NCBI RefSeq assembly: GCF_964355755.1
Contig: NC_092677.1
Coordinates: 2,750,101-2,814,100 of the forward strand
DNA from: Antedon mediterranea
Taxonomy: Eukaryota; Animalia; Echinodermata
Reading direction: 5' to 3'
DNA: 64,000 nt
The position numbers and the translations under genes were made by a program. Numbering within the stretch: the first letter of the stretch is position 1; each line of letters opens with the position of its first letter. Shown piece by piece: positions 25,433-38,939 of this stretch. The notes below the pieces were generated by a model. It did no database searches. It was not told the DNA's origin and worked only from the letters and a program-made list of their open reading frames with translations.

Positions 25433-25639
25433 CACAGATATATATAGTAAATACTGTGACGTTCTTCGCTCCACATTTTCGCCGAATATATCTATACACG
25501 TGTGTAAAACAGCTGACAGCGACAGAAAATAAAAACACGAATGGTGACCTCATGTCACAGGTAAAAAAAAATACGGTATTAATAATTAAATAATTACCGA
25601 TACATTCTCAAATAGATAAATGCTTATTGTATACATCAA

Positions 25640-26434
25640 GTTCATGTTTATTAGGTCAAAGGTCAATAACTTTACTTCCGGTCATTTTCTAACAAAATGT
25701 TGCATTACAATAAATATAAATATGTATGGTCTCAGCAATTTGAGACCATTTTAAAATTTCAATGACCAGCCGTTTTTTAAATACAATGCAAGTCAAGGTC
25801 AAAGGTCAATAGTGCAGAAAAATAGCATTTCCTATTACATTTCGTCAAAATGTTCCATTACAGTGAATATAAATATATACGCTCCGAGTATTTTTATACC
25901 AATATCTTGTTGATAGACCAAAGGGATACGGAGATAGGGCCAATTGGGCGCCATTTTGATCTTGGGGCTGTTACCATGGTTACGGGATCGTGAAAATTGG
26001 TTACCTAGCATTTTTGGTATCCTACCACCATATTAAAGAAGTGAAATCTCACTTTGGGCATTAAAATCCTACGGAAATACACGAGGACCCTGACTATAAA
26101 ACGCATACATTATATACGTTTTTAATGGCGGCCATCTTGGAATTCAATATGGCTGCCATATGCTATTATTATAAATTGTACCATTGGACTGATTTATCAT
26201 AATATTGTAAGATTTATCACACAAATTACGTTTGTACGTGGTTTAAAATAGGAGCTACTATCAGTTTTTAGTAAAAAATGGGGGCCATTTTAAAATCCAA
26301 GATGGCGGCCAAAATAGGGTCGGAAAAAATTGGCCCCCAGTTGCAATGAATTCTGCTGGTCCCAAGGATTCCAAAACTGCCAAGAACTCAACTTGAGCAT
26401 TAAAATCTGACGGAATTACATTAGGTTCCCCACT
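25640..26434. mobile_element. Academ-like element remnants (right ends)
   Basis: GGTCAAAGGTCA motifs as in 10913-13960; CTA-type ends near 26096 and 26434. Confidence 0.4.
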
Positions 26435-27889
26435 ATATTGATTTTAAAGGGTGAATAAAGAATGAATGAAAATATAAACAACAACATATAAAAGGTAAAT
26501 GATGATTAAACTTACATTAAACATAAAAGAAACAGAAACAAAAAAAAAAACAATACAATGCTCAGTAAGTAATTGTACAGATATAATAGGTCAGTAGTAA
26601 ATACACATACAAATAACAACAAAAACATAACGTACATTGGAAAAAAAAAATGTGACAGAAAAAAAATTTATACATAGTAAATGAAACTGAAAAGAAATCG
26701 AAATAAAGACAAATATATATTGTATTTGAAAGTATAGATGGGAAGGTATGAATTGTAAGGGTAGGGGGAAAGAGAGGAAAAATAAATAAATTTAAGGAAA
26801 AAAGAAAAAAAAAACAAAACCCAAAAAAGAAATACCTGCGTGTGTAGTGGCAATAAAAGCGAAAGCCCAGTGGGTTAGCAGGAGAACTCGGAACAGTCTT
26901 TGAATAGCGAAAATAATATTAGAATGCGCGAAAATCGGAATGAACCTGTCAAAATGATCTAGTGAAAATTGCTTGGAGCCGGGCCAAAGCGAAAATTGAA
27001 CATGTAAAATGAACTATTAAAAATGGGTTGGAGCCGGGCCAAAGCGAAAATTAAACAATTAATTCCAAATATATTTAAGCTGTATGATTGCTGCAGACGG
27101 CCAATCCATTCAATCAATCCAATCCATTGTTGGAGAAACTGCAAGTTCTCCATGGTTGGAGGAGCACACGCTTTGTTGTTGTTGAATTGAGGCTTCACCT
27201 ATTGTTGGAGTCGGACGACGTCGTTGGTTATTTTTAGCGTACGTAAAATCAGATACGTAAAACAGAGGTGTTGCTGCAATGTAGAGCAGGGGGAAGGTAA
27301 CCAAAACGGCAGTGATAAGGTGTACTCGGGAAAGACAAGGTAAGAATGTGGTCGGCGACGAAGTAGAGAGCAATATATTAGTAATTACATTTGCTGACAA
27401 CTTAATAAGTATGTACATTATGACATACTGTATTGTTATCTATTCTATAGGATCAGGTGCCGTTTTGATAGAGATCCTGCTGCAGACTGTCTGCCATGCG
27501 GTATGTCTGCCAGGCGGTATGTCCGCCAGGGGAACATATTCTTGACGATACCATTTTTTTTAGAGGGAATATATCTGTACTTTGTTTCTGTAAGTAAATT
27601 GCGTTACTAAAGCGTCACTTTTCCTAGAGTTGCGTCAACATATCCAAATGGCAGTTTCCGAGGTGTTTTGTAGCCTATATCGAATCTTTTCTGTTCGGTT
27701 TTTATATAGGCCTACAATATTTTTATCAGTAGAATATTCTGTGAATTGTGAATCTAACCTGTTTCTTGCAGGCGGTTTATCCCATCTTAGATCTCCACAT
27801 GATGAATACATTAAAAAATAACATCAAAACTATAACAACCTTAAAACAAACAAATTAATGCATTGTCCATATTATCTTTTGCATATAAT

Positions 27890-28218
27890 ATATTATATAA
27901 CACCTATATAAATTCCTGTCATTTGATTGGACGAATGTGGGTCACATGGCGTGCAATAGTACGCACTATTCAACGATCGTTAAATAGTACTTTTTGAAAC
28001 ATTTTTGTTTGTTATTTAGATGTTATATAAAACAAATAATGAATGTTTTGTATTCGTGTAATGGTACAAATAATGGCACTTGGTGAATGATGAAAGGTTA
28101 TATCAACTCGGCTTTGCCTCGTTGATATAACCTTTTGCCTCGTTGATATAACCTTTCATCATTCACCAAGTGCCATTATTTGTACCATTGCACTCATAAA
28201 CATTCATTATTTGTATAC
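27890..28218. mobile_element. Hairpin element resembling non-autonomous Crypton
   Basis: Long inverted arms around CTCGGCTTTGCCTCG; GATTGGACGA motif. Confidence 0.45.
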
Positions 28219-28269
28219 TATTATTATTAACTAGCATAGCATAGACTGGACTTCAACGTTAAATTGATA

Positions 28270-30290
28270 AATAAACGTAAACGGTTGGGCGCGATGACAT
28301 CAACGGTTTATCTGATGTTTATATAGAACGTACCTGTTGCTATTTGTAATTGATCCATATAAATGTACTAAATACAAATGTATGTAAAGATGCCCATAAA
28401 CTCTCTCTCTGGCGGCGGACAATTCAGTTACACAAGGTGTAGACTTATCCCTTCACACCAAACCCCCCCCCCCCCACCCCATATTGACCAAACATAAACT
28501 CTCTCCCCCTCCCCATCCATGCTCAAATACACGATCACACCCAGACAAATTATTTAGTTAAAAAAGAACGTAGGTCCAAAAACTCCCTCTGGTAGACAAA
28601 CTGCATATTAGGCCTATATCTATATTAAAACAAACTGCATCTCTGCTATTTTTAATCGGACATTCAAAAACGGTACGATGCATAGTCAAGACTAATAATT
28701 TATCTCAGTCTGGAAGTATCACATTAAAAAAATTAAATGTAAATCATACTTTTTTCGGTGACAGAATATCGTATAATTCAATAAACTCTCTCTCCAGTTT
28801 GGCTATCTTTACCGTTATAACAAATATTGGAACGTTTTTGGACGATGAAATCAACGGCTTATCTGATGTTTTAGAACGTACGGTACCTGTTGCTATTTGT
28901 AATTGATTCATATAAATGTACTAATATGTATAAAGATGCCCTTAAACTCTCTCTGGTAGACACTTCAGTTACACACGGTGTAGGCCTATCCCTACACACC
29001 ATACCCCCTTCCACCACCTCCGTTCAACATGTTATCGACCAAACATGAACTCCCCCACCCCCCTACCCATCCAAGCTCAAATACACGATCACACCCAGAC
29101 AAATTATTTAGTTAAAAAAGAACTTAGGTCCAAAAGCTCCCTCTGGTGGACAAACTGCATAGGCCTATATCTATATTAAAACAAACTGCATTTCTCTGCT
29201 ATTTTCAAACGGACATTCAAAAACGGTATGATGTATATTATAGTCAAGACATATTTGTCACCGTCTGGAAATATTACATTAAAAAAATTAAATGTATATC
29301 ATATATTTTTCGATGACAGACAGAATATTGTAATTCAATAAACTCTCTCTCTAGTGGACAGTTGGGCTATCTTTTACGTTATAACAAATATTGGCACGTT
29401 TTTGGGAGATTGAATCAACGGCTTATCTGATGTTTATATAGAACGTACCTGTTGCTATAATTTGTAATTGATCCATATAAATGTACTAAATACAAATTTA
29501 TGTAAAGATGCCCTTTAACTCTCTCTGGCGGACAATTCAGTTACACAAGGTGTAGGCTTCCCTTCACACCATACCCTCGCCCCCCGCACCCTCCGTTCAA
29601 CATATCGACCAAACATGAATTAACTCCCCCCCTCCCCATCCAAGCTCAAATAAAAAGAACTTAGGCCCGTCCAAAAACTCTCTCTGGTGGACAAACTGCA
29701 TATTAGGCCTATCTTTAGGCCTATTAAAACAAACTGCATTTCTCTGTTATTTTTAATCGGACATTCAAAAACGATACGATGTATAGTCAAGACTCATAAT
29801 TTGTCACCGTCTGGAAATAGGCCTATCACATTAAAAAATTAAATGTATATCATATTTTTTTCGGTGACAGAATATTGTAATTCAATAATTCAAACTCTCT
29901 CTTTAGTGGATAGTTGGGCTATATTTTACGTTATAACAAATATTGGCACGTTTTTGGGCGATGAAATCAACGGCTTATCTGATGTTTATTGTATAACGTA
30001 CCTGTTGCCTGTTATAATTTGTAATTGATCCATATAAATGTAAATATAAATTAATGTCAAGATGCCCTTAAAAGTTCTCTCTGGCGGACACTGTTACAGT
30101 TACACACGATGTAGGCATATCCATTCAAACCATACCCCCTCCCACTTCCTCCGTTTAACATATTATCGACCAAACATTAATTCCCCCCCCCCTCCCCATC
30201 TAAGCTCAATTACACGATCACACCTAGACAAATTATTAATTTAGTTAAAAAAGTCAAAAACTCCCACTGGTGGACAAACTGCATATTAGA
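28270..30290. repeat. About 550-bp tandem repeat, roughly 3.7 diverged copies
   Basis: ATCAACGG(T/C)TTATCTGATGTTT recurs near 28300, 28850, 29415, 29967. Confidence 0.85.
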
Positions 30291-32719
30291 TAGTTATTAA
30301 CTATTATATTATAGGGGTACAATCTGTCACGGGGGTACCTAATATTCTAGACAGTAGTCGACCGTAATAATTGCACCCCCTATAATAGATAGTTATTAAA
30401 CTGTTATAGGGTGTTCAATCTGTACGGGGGTATATGTTATCCCTTGGTGTATATAGATACTGGAAGGGTATAATACGGGGATACAATATTATTTTTAGAC
30501 TCCCAGCATTGGATTTTGTATCCATTTGCAAAAACATGACAAAAGGAGAGGACAAAGAATTAAAGATGTATTGTCCCCCTGAAAAAATATTTTTTAGGGG
30601 GATTAACATGATTAAAACTAAAAAATAACCTATTCAAAGTCTGATATAATTAATTTGTAATTTAATGTTATTGGGGGAGAATACATCTTTAATATTTATT
30701 ATATACATTATTTGATTGAAGACAGTGTTTAGTTTTCGAGATCCTGGTGGTATACTATAGGTACAATGCGGTATGTGTCCATCTTATCTGACCAATTGAA
30801 CTATTGTGGTTTAGTGCTAAAATAATTAACATTTTAAATCGTATTTTTCTAACACACAAAAAAAAGTGCAATCTGTCACGGGGGTACCAAATATTAAAGA
30901 CAATCCGTAATATATTGCACCCCCTATAATAGATGGTTAACTGTTATGTTTGGGGGAGCAATCTGTCGCGGGGGTGGGTAGGCCTACCTATATTCAGAGA
31001 CAGTCCGATGGTATATACCGACGTTAGTTAAGTTAGGGGTTGCAATCTGTCACGGGGGTACATCAGACAGTCCGAAATATATCTATTCCTTTATTATAGT
31101 ATTAACTGAGAGTGAATCAGACGTTCGAAAAAATAAATAATACAATAATAATTCAATTCAACTTTTATTTCAGACAAACTTTCCATAGCAACAAAAGAAA
31201 TGAAATACAGTAGGCCTACATTTGATTCCGTAACCATCAACAAAACTAAATTATAATGAATTATTAATTAAAGACAGTGTGCAGTTTTTGTGGTCCATCC
31301 AGTACACCGTCCGTTATCTGACGAATTAGAAATATTATTAATATTATCATTGTAATAAACAAGTAAATATAATCATTTTGTTATACAAGAACTACAATGT
31401 GGTAGGGTTACTAGGCCTACAGTAAAAGGTATACCAATTATACGGTTCAGGTGGTGATTTGAATATTCTGTAAAATACCCGTTGATTTCTTGGGGTACAC
31501 CTATTCTAGCCCGAAAAAATATTATTATATTACAAGGGTGTTGGTGTTACGGATGGGTCTCTAAATAGCTGTGTATCCCCAATTATTATTTCTTTATACA
31601 CGTGTGTAGGCCTATGTGATGCATTTAATGTTTTTGGGCCTCTTTAATTGGCGTACGTCCGTTTTCCTTTGTAAAAATAATAATAAACAATTAAACATAA
31701 TGTCACATGGGCCTAAAACAACTTAAAATTAAACAAATAATTATTATTATATTATAGATAAAATTTGGAGAGCGCTATAGGGTGCAAGATAATAATAATA
31801 ACAATATTTAATAATAGTAATGAATAATCATAGGCTTATAATGAGTTACATATGAGTATGAGTTTATGAGTATGCCCTTCATCAATGCATGTGAGAGTAC
31901 TTAAATTTAAAAGTACTAAAATTTTAACTAAGCTAAAATATTCTGTATCCACAAAACATGCGTAAAATTCGTAGGAGCATGCAACGTATTATTGTTGTAA
32001 TTCAATAGGGGGTTTACTCTGTTGCGGGATACTAAAATTGTAGAACAGTGTAACTGTACCACTACCAGAGATATTTTAACTTTCAATGGCTCTGTTATAA
32101 ATGTAAAAATAGCGCCCTCTGTTGCCAATATTTTCTAATTCGTCAATATCACAATAGACAATTGTAAAAGGTCATTTATTAATTAAAAAGAACAAGAAAC
32201 TACACACAGTATATCAAATACCAGTATAAGTGATAACAATACGAATAATTGACGGTCTACCACACTGTAGATACAATAATTACCCACTGTAAAATGGAAT
32301 CGCCGGGCTATTGTACTGGTTACAGTAATTACCCACTGTAAAATGGAATCGTCGGGAAATTTGACAAGGTACCGGTTGGCGGACACAAACTCCCTCTAGT
32401 AGACATACCGCATGGCGGACAGTCTGCAGCAACATGCAATTGGCCGTTTTCGGCCACCTCGACTTGTATGGACTATACCATTATTATGATAGGGGCGTGG
32501 TGTATTATGTTTTATGTAGAGAAGGGTGTCTATTGAATGGGAAGACAATACAATTGTTCTGTTATGTAACCTACAATACAGAACATCAAAAACTAGCAAG
32601 CATGTACTTTTTATAAGGCATGTTATTATTAGGTACTGTGTTAATGCCAAGATTTTGTAACAATATTAACTATATAAGTAGGTAACTTACTTACTATATT
32701 TATATAAAAACTAAACTAA

Positions 32720-33095
32720 ACACTACAGTACAGTATAATCAAAATTAAAACATATTAAATACTATGTTATGCCTATCTGGATTTAAACACAATAAATTTT
32801 AGTACAATAGGATTCGAAATTAGAAAATCTTAAATACTACAGTACAATCGGAATTAAAACATGTTAAACTACAAAACAACTAAACTGAATATCACAATCG
32901 GAATTTAAAAAATCTTAAATACTACAGTACACTCGGAATCAAAACATATTAAAAACAACTACAGTACAATCGGAATTAAAACATCGATCCCAAATACTAA
33001 AATACAATCGGAATTAAAACATGTTAAACTACAAAACAATTAAACTAAATATCACAATTGGAAATAAAAAATCTTAAATACTACATTACAATCGG
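32720..33095. repeat. About 30-bp minisatellite
   Basis: ACTACAGTACAATCGGAATTAAAA units. Confidence 0.7.
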
Positions 33096-33554
33096 TTAAA
33101 TTACCAAAACTCTATAATGTTGTGAAATATGTAAAAGAATGTTGGCAAATGCATTCTAACCGGCCAAATCCTATCGGTAGATAAATCATATTTTTTATTT
33201 GCAAGGGATAAATCCCAACAACATGGATTTGAACCCAAGAACCTGAAATCGGTAGACGAGTATAATTGAAGATTCATTGACATATAATTTAATGTTTTTT
33301 GTTTGTTTTCACCTGATACATTTACATTTAATGCTAATGTAAAACGAATAGTAGATACAGAAACTATGGAGGAATTCCTCCATGCAGAAACAAACTGGTA
33401 ACAGATTCATTGACATAATTTTATGTTTATTTGTTCTACTGATTACCTGATACATTTAATGTTAAATGTAAATAAATGAAACGATTGTAGATACAGAAAC
33501 AAAATGGTAACAGATTCATGGACGACTTAATTATATGTATTTTTGTTTTACGAT

Positions 33555-33785
33555 GACTCGACAATAGTTGGACTTATAACAATGATTATTCTCTGTACCT
33601 TTCTGAGATTATTCGATTTACCGATTATGGCAACAATTTTCTTGAACTAAACATAAATAAAACGAAAGAAATAAGGATTGATTTTCGAAAACAAAATTGG
33701 TCTGACAGTATACATTAATTAAAGGAATTAAAAGGAAGTAGAGATTGTTAACAATTATAAGTATCTGGGAGTAGTGTTCGACTAA
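33555..33785 (+). mobile_element. LINE RT fragment of the same family as 62690-63760
   Basis: LELNINKTKEIRIDFRK and NNYKYLGVVFD motifs. Confidence 0.75.
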
Positions 33786-34714
33786 AGTTCAATATCCACC
33801 TTAGGGAATCCACCTAATATCCATATTAGGGAAGGATACCTACAAATTATATAGAAATAAAGAGCCATAATACGGGCCATAATATACTGTATTAACTTGA
33901 AAACTGAAATTAATTCTACAGCGTGTAGGGCGTAGTTGTTTTCCCTTTGTTGCTGAAACATAATGCACTAAACAAAAGAACAAAAGCAGCAGTATTTTAA
34001 CACATTAGCACACTAAATTAATAAATGGCACACCCCTATTTTCCCATCTTTTTATAATGGTATAGTCCATACAAGTCGAGGTGGCCGAAAACGGCACCCG
34101 ATTCTATAAATAGTTGGTTTGATATTTAAATAAACTATTAAAAAACCGTCATAGAAAGTGGTTTTTAAATATCGTTTGCAGCGGCCTTCCTTACAAATTG
34201 ATGACACCCTCAACTACGACTTAGGTACATTTAAGCACTGACATCGAATGCAAGTACTGTACTGTCCTATGCGACGATGGGAATTCAATAGGATGAGAAA
34301 ACATCCTTTATTGGCATATTATCAAAAAAAATGATTCCGATTTAAATTATAGAAATAATTTATGTCAAATAAATTTAAACAATAATTAAAGAGCAAATTA
34401 TTTAACACTATATTTGATATATTATTTATTCATCATTCAAATTTTTCATAAATAATAACAAGGATATTTATTATTCTGCTCTGGCCTCTATATAGGTCTA
34501 TATTTTTAGTACTTACTTTACATACATGGTGGGTTCAATTCCATTAAAAAAAACTTTATTCTCATTATTTATCTTCTATTTAATCTTCTTAATACTAATG
34601 TAAAATAATTTTTAACTATTTCATAATTGTTACCTTGATACTAAATTTACTATTGAACTGCTTCTCTTTTTTTCTTTCTGCTGGTTTAAATTTTCTAATT
34701 ATTCACTTGATTAA

Positions 34715-35360
34715 GTACATTTTGTAACTGGAATGCACGTCCATTCATTCTGTAGTGAATTGGATAATTTAAACCGTATACATATTCTCCAGAAAAAAGC
34801 ACTTAGAAATATTTGTCATGTTCATTTTATGCATCCTTCTCATCCACTTTTTATTTCGACCCAAATATTAAATATTTTTTACCTTTATACGAAACACACT
34901 GCTATATTTATGTATCAATATAAACATAATCTATTACCTGATTCATTTAATAACTAATTTAGTACATCTGCCTCATTCCATAATTACTCAACTAGAAACA
35001 GGTCAAACTACTGTCCACAACTAAAACGCACCAAAGTCGGCCAACAATGTATTTCCTACCAAGGAACACACATTTGGAATAATTTAACAGATTATATAAA
35101 ACAATCCCCCACTTTAAGTTTGTTTAAACAGAGATTAAAGCAATATTCTAACAATAGAAATATTTAAGTTAAGTAAATCACATTATGTTATTTTGGTTTG
35201 GTCTTTTTTGTTTGTACTAATTGTTTGATCTTTTTTGTTAGGGTTACATGCTTAAAGCACTCAAAATAAGCACAAGTTGTGCTTATTTTGTATCCCATTC
35301 CATTATCATATTATTTGTATTATATTTAAATTATTTTATTTTGATTATGGAATAAAAATG
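34715..35360 (+). mobile_element. CR1/L2-group LINE 3' end
   Basis: RIHILQKKALRNIC...HPLF...FMYQYKHNLLP, IWNNL; AATAAA tail. Confidence 0.7.
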
Positions 35361-35599
35361 TCGATGAATTGAATATGTATGTAGGCCTATATATAATGAA
35401 AGTGAAGTGAAAGTATTACAATACATGATTTTCTATGAAAACACTGACACACAATTTGCTGGTAAATCAACTATATCTTAAATATTAAATATTGCATTGT
35501 AAATAAATTATTAATGTATACCAAAAGGCTAAGCATGTTAAATGAGTGCCTTGATATATTTTGATAAACGAATACGCAGGACGTTTAATCCTGGGTGGT

Positions 35600-35997
35600 G
35601 AATTTAAAAAAAAACACACATCCAGCTCATGGAGGTAAAAATATATTATACCTCCATGTCCAGCTGAAGTCCATATTGCAGGAACCTTCCCACCGTATAT
35701 CTGCAGAACTGCACCGACACGCATCTGGTAGGAGAAGGAGGACGTCATGCATTGTAGTTTTCGGATACACTCCTAAGTGTTGCTATATCGCCTGACGATT
35801 GATTTTCAACTGTATGAGCTGCAACCATGCAGCGACGGTGTAGGATCTGTTGCTCAGCATCAGCTGTGTAGTATCCATGGACACTTGCTGGGTACCATCG
35901 TTGTCACTCAGCAGGATTGTACGCGTACGGGATTGTGTCCTGAAATTTGCTCTGTAATGTTGACTTGTAAAAATGACTTTTATCACAGTAAAAACAT
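35600..35997 (-). pseudogene. Small-protein family member C (frameshifted)
   Basis: Acceptor ttttccag|GTAGT at 36011; ATG then stop after 4 codons; homologous DNDG-QQVSM-T-QLMLSNRSY and QMRVGAVLQIY in other frames. Confidence 0.6.
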
Positions 35998-38586
35998 TTT
36001 AACTATACTACCTGGAAAATTCAAGATGGAATGGTGAGATATGTCACTTAATATTTTACAAAATAACAATAGTGCCTTAAAAAATTATAATGTAAAAAAT
36101 GTAAGGGGAGTTTGTACACTAAGTATTTGTGTATTTGGCCGGAAATGGTACTCTCGCACATAAAATTCATGGCACCTCTAATTGGCACTACAATGCTCTA
36201 TGATGATGATACACTATACTTCATAGCCAAACATAAATACTGTAGGTAACCGCAGAGTTCAATTTTTTTATGTACGTCGGAAGAAAGAAGGAGAAGACCC
36301 CAAAACAAAGACACATGTTTTAAAATTGTATTTGAATGACAACACACAATTTTTAACCTTTCCAGAAGTCTGTGTGCGAAATAATCAAGGGTCTTCTTTT
36401 TGTACACATCCTATATTGGTGCATACAAAACGAAGACCCATAATTTTTAAATTTTATTTGAATGATAACACACCAGGCTAACACATATCACAATATCGAA
36501 ATTATTCAGACATTTGGGTGCGAGACAATCAAGGGGTGGTCTTCGATGTGTACACATCCTATATAATGCAATAATGGGTGCATACAATATAAAAGACCGT
36601 TTTTTAAAATGCTAAATGAATGACTAGCTGTGTATCCGTCCTTGGTCATTGAGGAATTGATATGCTTGAATCCGTTTTCATAGCTAGTCGTCACGGCAGA
36701 TCATGAAGTGGATGAAGACTTATTGATAACAACAGTTATTATTGAAACAGCCGTACGTGTACAGTTATAATCTTAATATTTTATAGATTTGTACAAATAA
36801 ATTTTAGAGTACAATTTCTCCTTAGCAACGATATCCATGAATTTGTATGAAGTTTGTGTTATTACAACGCAAATATCATAGCAAGTCGACTAAATACTAG
36901 TAATGGTGAGTGAGACGATGACGACGACATAGACATTACATTTCAAATACCATACCAAGTCGACTAAATATGAACGCTTTAAAAGGATTCGATTTTTGAT
37001 GAGGGAAGTAGTTACAAGTGAAAGGTTATTAAACTACAGTTTGGGCTGGGCATATCCACACTGCCAGATAGTCATATAAACAGTGCACACTTTTTTTAAA
37101 GTGTTTTTTTTCCTAGTTTTTTTAAAGAGGTATACTCTAGTAAAAAAAACATATTTCAAGATACTTCTACTTAACATAGAAAAATATCAGCAAATAACGT
37201 TTTTTCGTTGATCAATGAAACCGAAGTGAACGATACCTGATTGGTGTTAAACGTCGTTTGGTTCTTTTATCCTCGTTATTTCATCAACCACGACTTGTAG
37301 TTGAGTTTAGATGATAAAAGATCTCATGAGAATGAAACTTATGAATGCTGACAATATTTTCGATCAGTTTTTATTTTGATGATGTCATCATGGTTACAAA
37401 TTTTTTTTTTTAATAAGTTAGGTCACCTAAGGTCATCTTGCAATAGTTTCATCAGTGACATATCTATTATCGCGTTCACAGACCAAATTAAACACTATAT
37501 GACCTTCAGGTCATAGGTCTATGAGGCCTGGGTTTCCTTTCGCTACGCGATACGCTAAAGCCTCTGGTTTCGCGTCATTGATACTATCATGAACGCGCTT
37601 CAATTCACCAAGGTTCAACCTTACTGATTGCGACAAACTGTAACTGCAACTACTAAACAATTACACACCCAAGTCAAATCTTATTCAATAATATTTTCTA
37701 TTAATACATATTTTAAATTTAATGCTTACACAACCAATAAATACTCAAAACAGTTTTAAACATATTAAAACAAATCATTTGGTCAAGACCACTTTATATA
37801 AAATTTTTCTTGGTTTTTTTGAAAAATGGAAAATTGTTCCAAACTTCTTTTCATTTAATAAAAATTTAAATAAAGTTTTCTAATTTAAGTGATTTGTTCT
37901 GAAATCTAAAAAAAACTATTTTTTTACTTTTCTAAGTGTCTAGTTAGGTAAAAATAATATTACATTCACAGAACAAGCATAGGCGCTGCGACTGCACCGC
38001 GAAAAAACGCCGGTGAAAAACGCCTATGCTTATACACTGTGATGTTTTTTTCGATGGATTTTAAGTAGTGAAACAAATTTTTCTAATTTTTTTCAATTAC
38101 ACAGTGATGTAGGCCAATCTTTTAAGATCATTTTACAGTAAAAATGTTGTCCATACGACTGTCCGTTGAGGAGTTACGAATTTTAAAGTAACTTGTCTTC
38201 TGTTTCGTGAAAAAGGCGTATATAACACAATCTAAAACAGTCTCTCCATCCTCAACCCATGAGGTCCCTACATGAATGACCTTTAAAGTCTATTAACATT
38301 CACTTATAAGGTTTACAAAATAAAATATCAAACCAATCAGTTGGTAGTGTGCTAAAATGTTCTGAATCTTCCTCTATGGTACTTGCTACTGTCTTTGTTT
38401 ATAATTAATAGATTGCATATACTATAGTACAAATCTAAACCACACGTCTCTTTATACTCAGGCCATATGATGTCTCTGTATGAGCCTCTACCTACACTCC
38501 ACCAGGAAATTAAAAAAAATAAGCGCGTTAAATGAGTGTAAATATATTGATGATGAATTTTCTGTGTGCTATATTCTGATAAATTA

Positions 38587-38939
38587 TTATATATTTATAT
38601 AATTCATGTAAGAAACTTCCAACCGATGTGGGTATATCTGCAGAGCTGCAGCGACACACATCTTACTGGAGGAGAAGGAGGACATCATGCACTGGTATAG
38701 TTGGCAGTATCAGGCCGTACCTGCTGTATGCGCAGGTATCCTGCAATCATGGTGTGTGATCTGCTGGTGGTGGTGGACGACAGCATCAACTGAGCAGTAA
38801 GCATGGAGACCTGCTGGATGTTATTGCCGTTTGTGCTACTCGGATGCATCGTATAGCTTATACCGAAACATGCTCTGCAATCTCGAAATTGTAGCCGTAT
38901 TTTTATTGACATTTGGAACATTGATTGATTAGCCCCCAT
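38587..38939 (-). pseudogene. Small-protein family member D (84-aa ORF 38685-38939; homologous tail shifted out of frame)
   Basis: Acceptor ttttcag|GTAAAATG; MGANQS...NGNNIQQVSMLTAQLMLS...AGYLRIQ; tail CMMSSFSSSKMCVAAALQIYPHRLEVSYM in another frame. Confidence 0.5.

Larger units (their letters stand above)
27467..32442. mobile_element. MULE/Rehavkus-like non-autonomous element inserted in the left TIR of the outer element
   Basis: TGCTGCAGACTGTC(T/C)GCCATGCGGTATGTCT inverted arms; GCCGTTTT direct repeat on both sides. Confidence 0.65.
27450..34104. mobile_element. TA/TATA-TSD TIR element with nested cargo (6.65 kb in total)
   Basis: GGATCAGGTGCCGTTTT / AAAACGGCACCCGATTC ends; rest of left TIR resumes at 32443; empty site TCTATAAATAG near 6995. 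Confidence 0.75.

Noticed and set aside
25277-25553. Pro-rich and Gly-rich ORFs
   Set aside because: Low-complexity C-rich tract
38685-38687. Selenocysteine or read-through TGA in member D
   Set aside because: The homologous downstream peptide is in a different frame, so this is a frameshift
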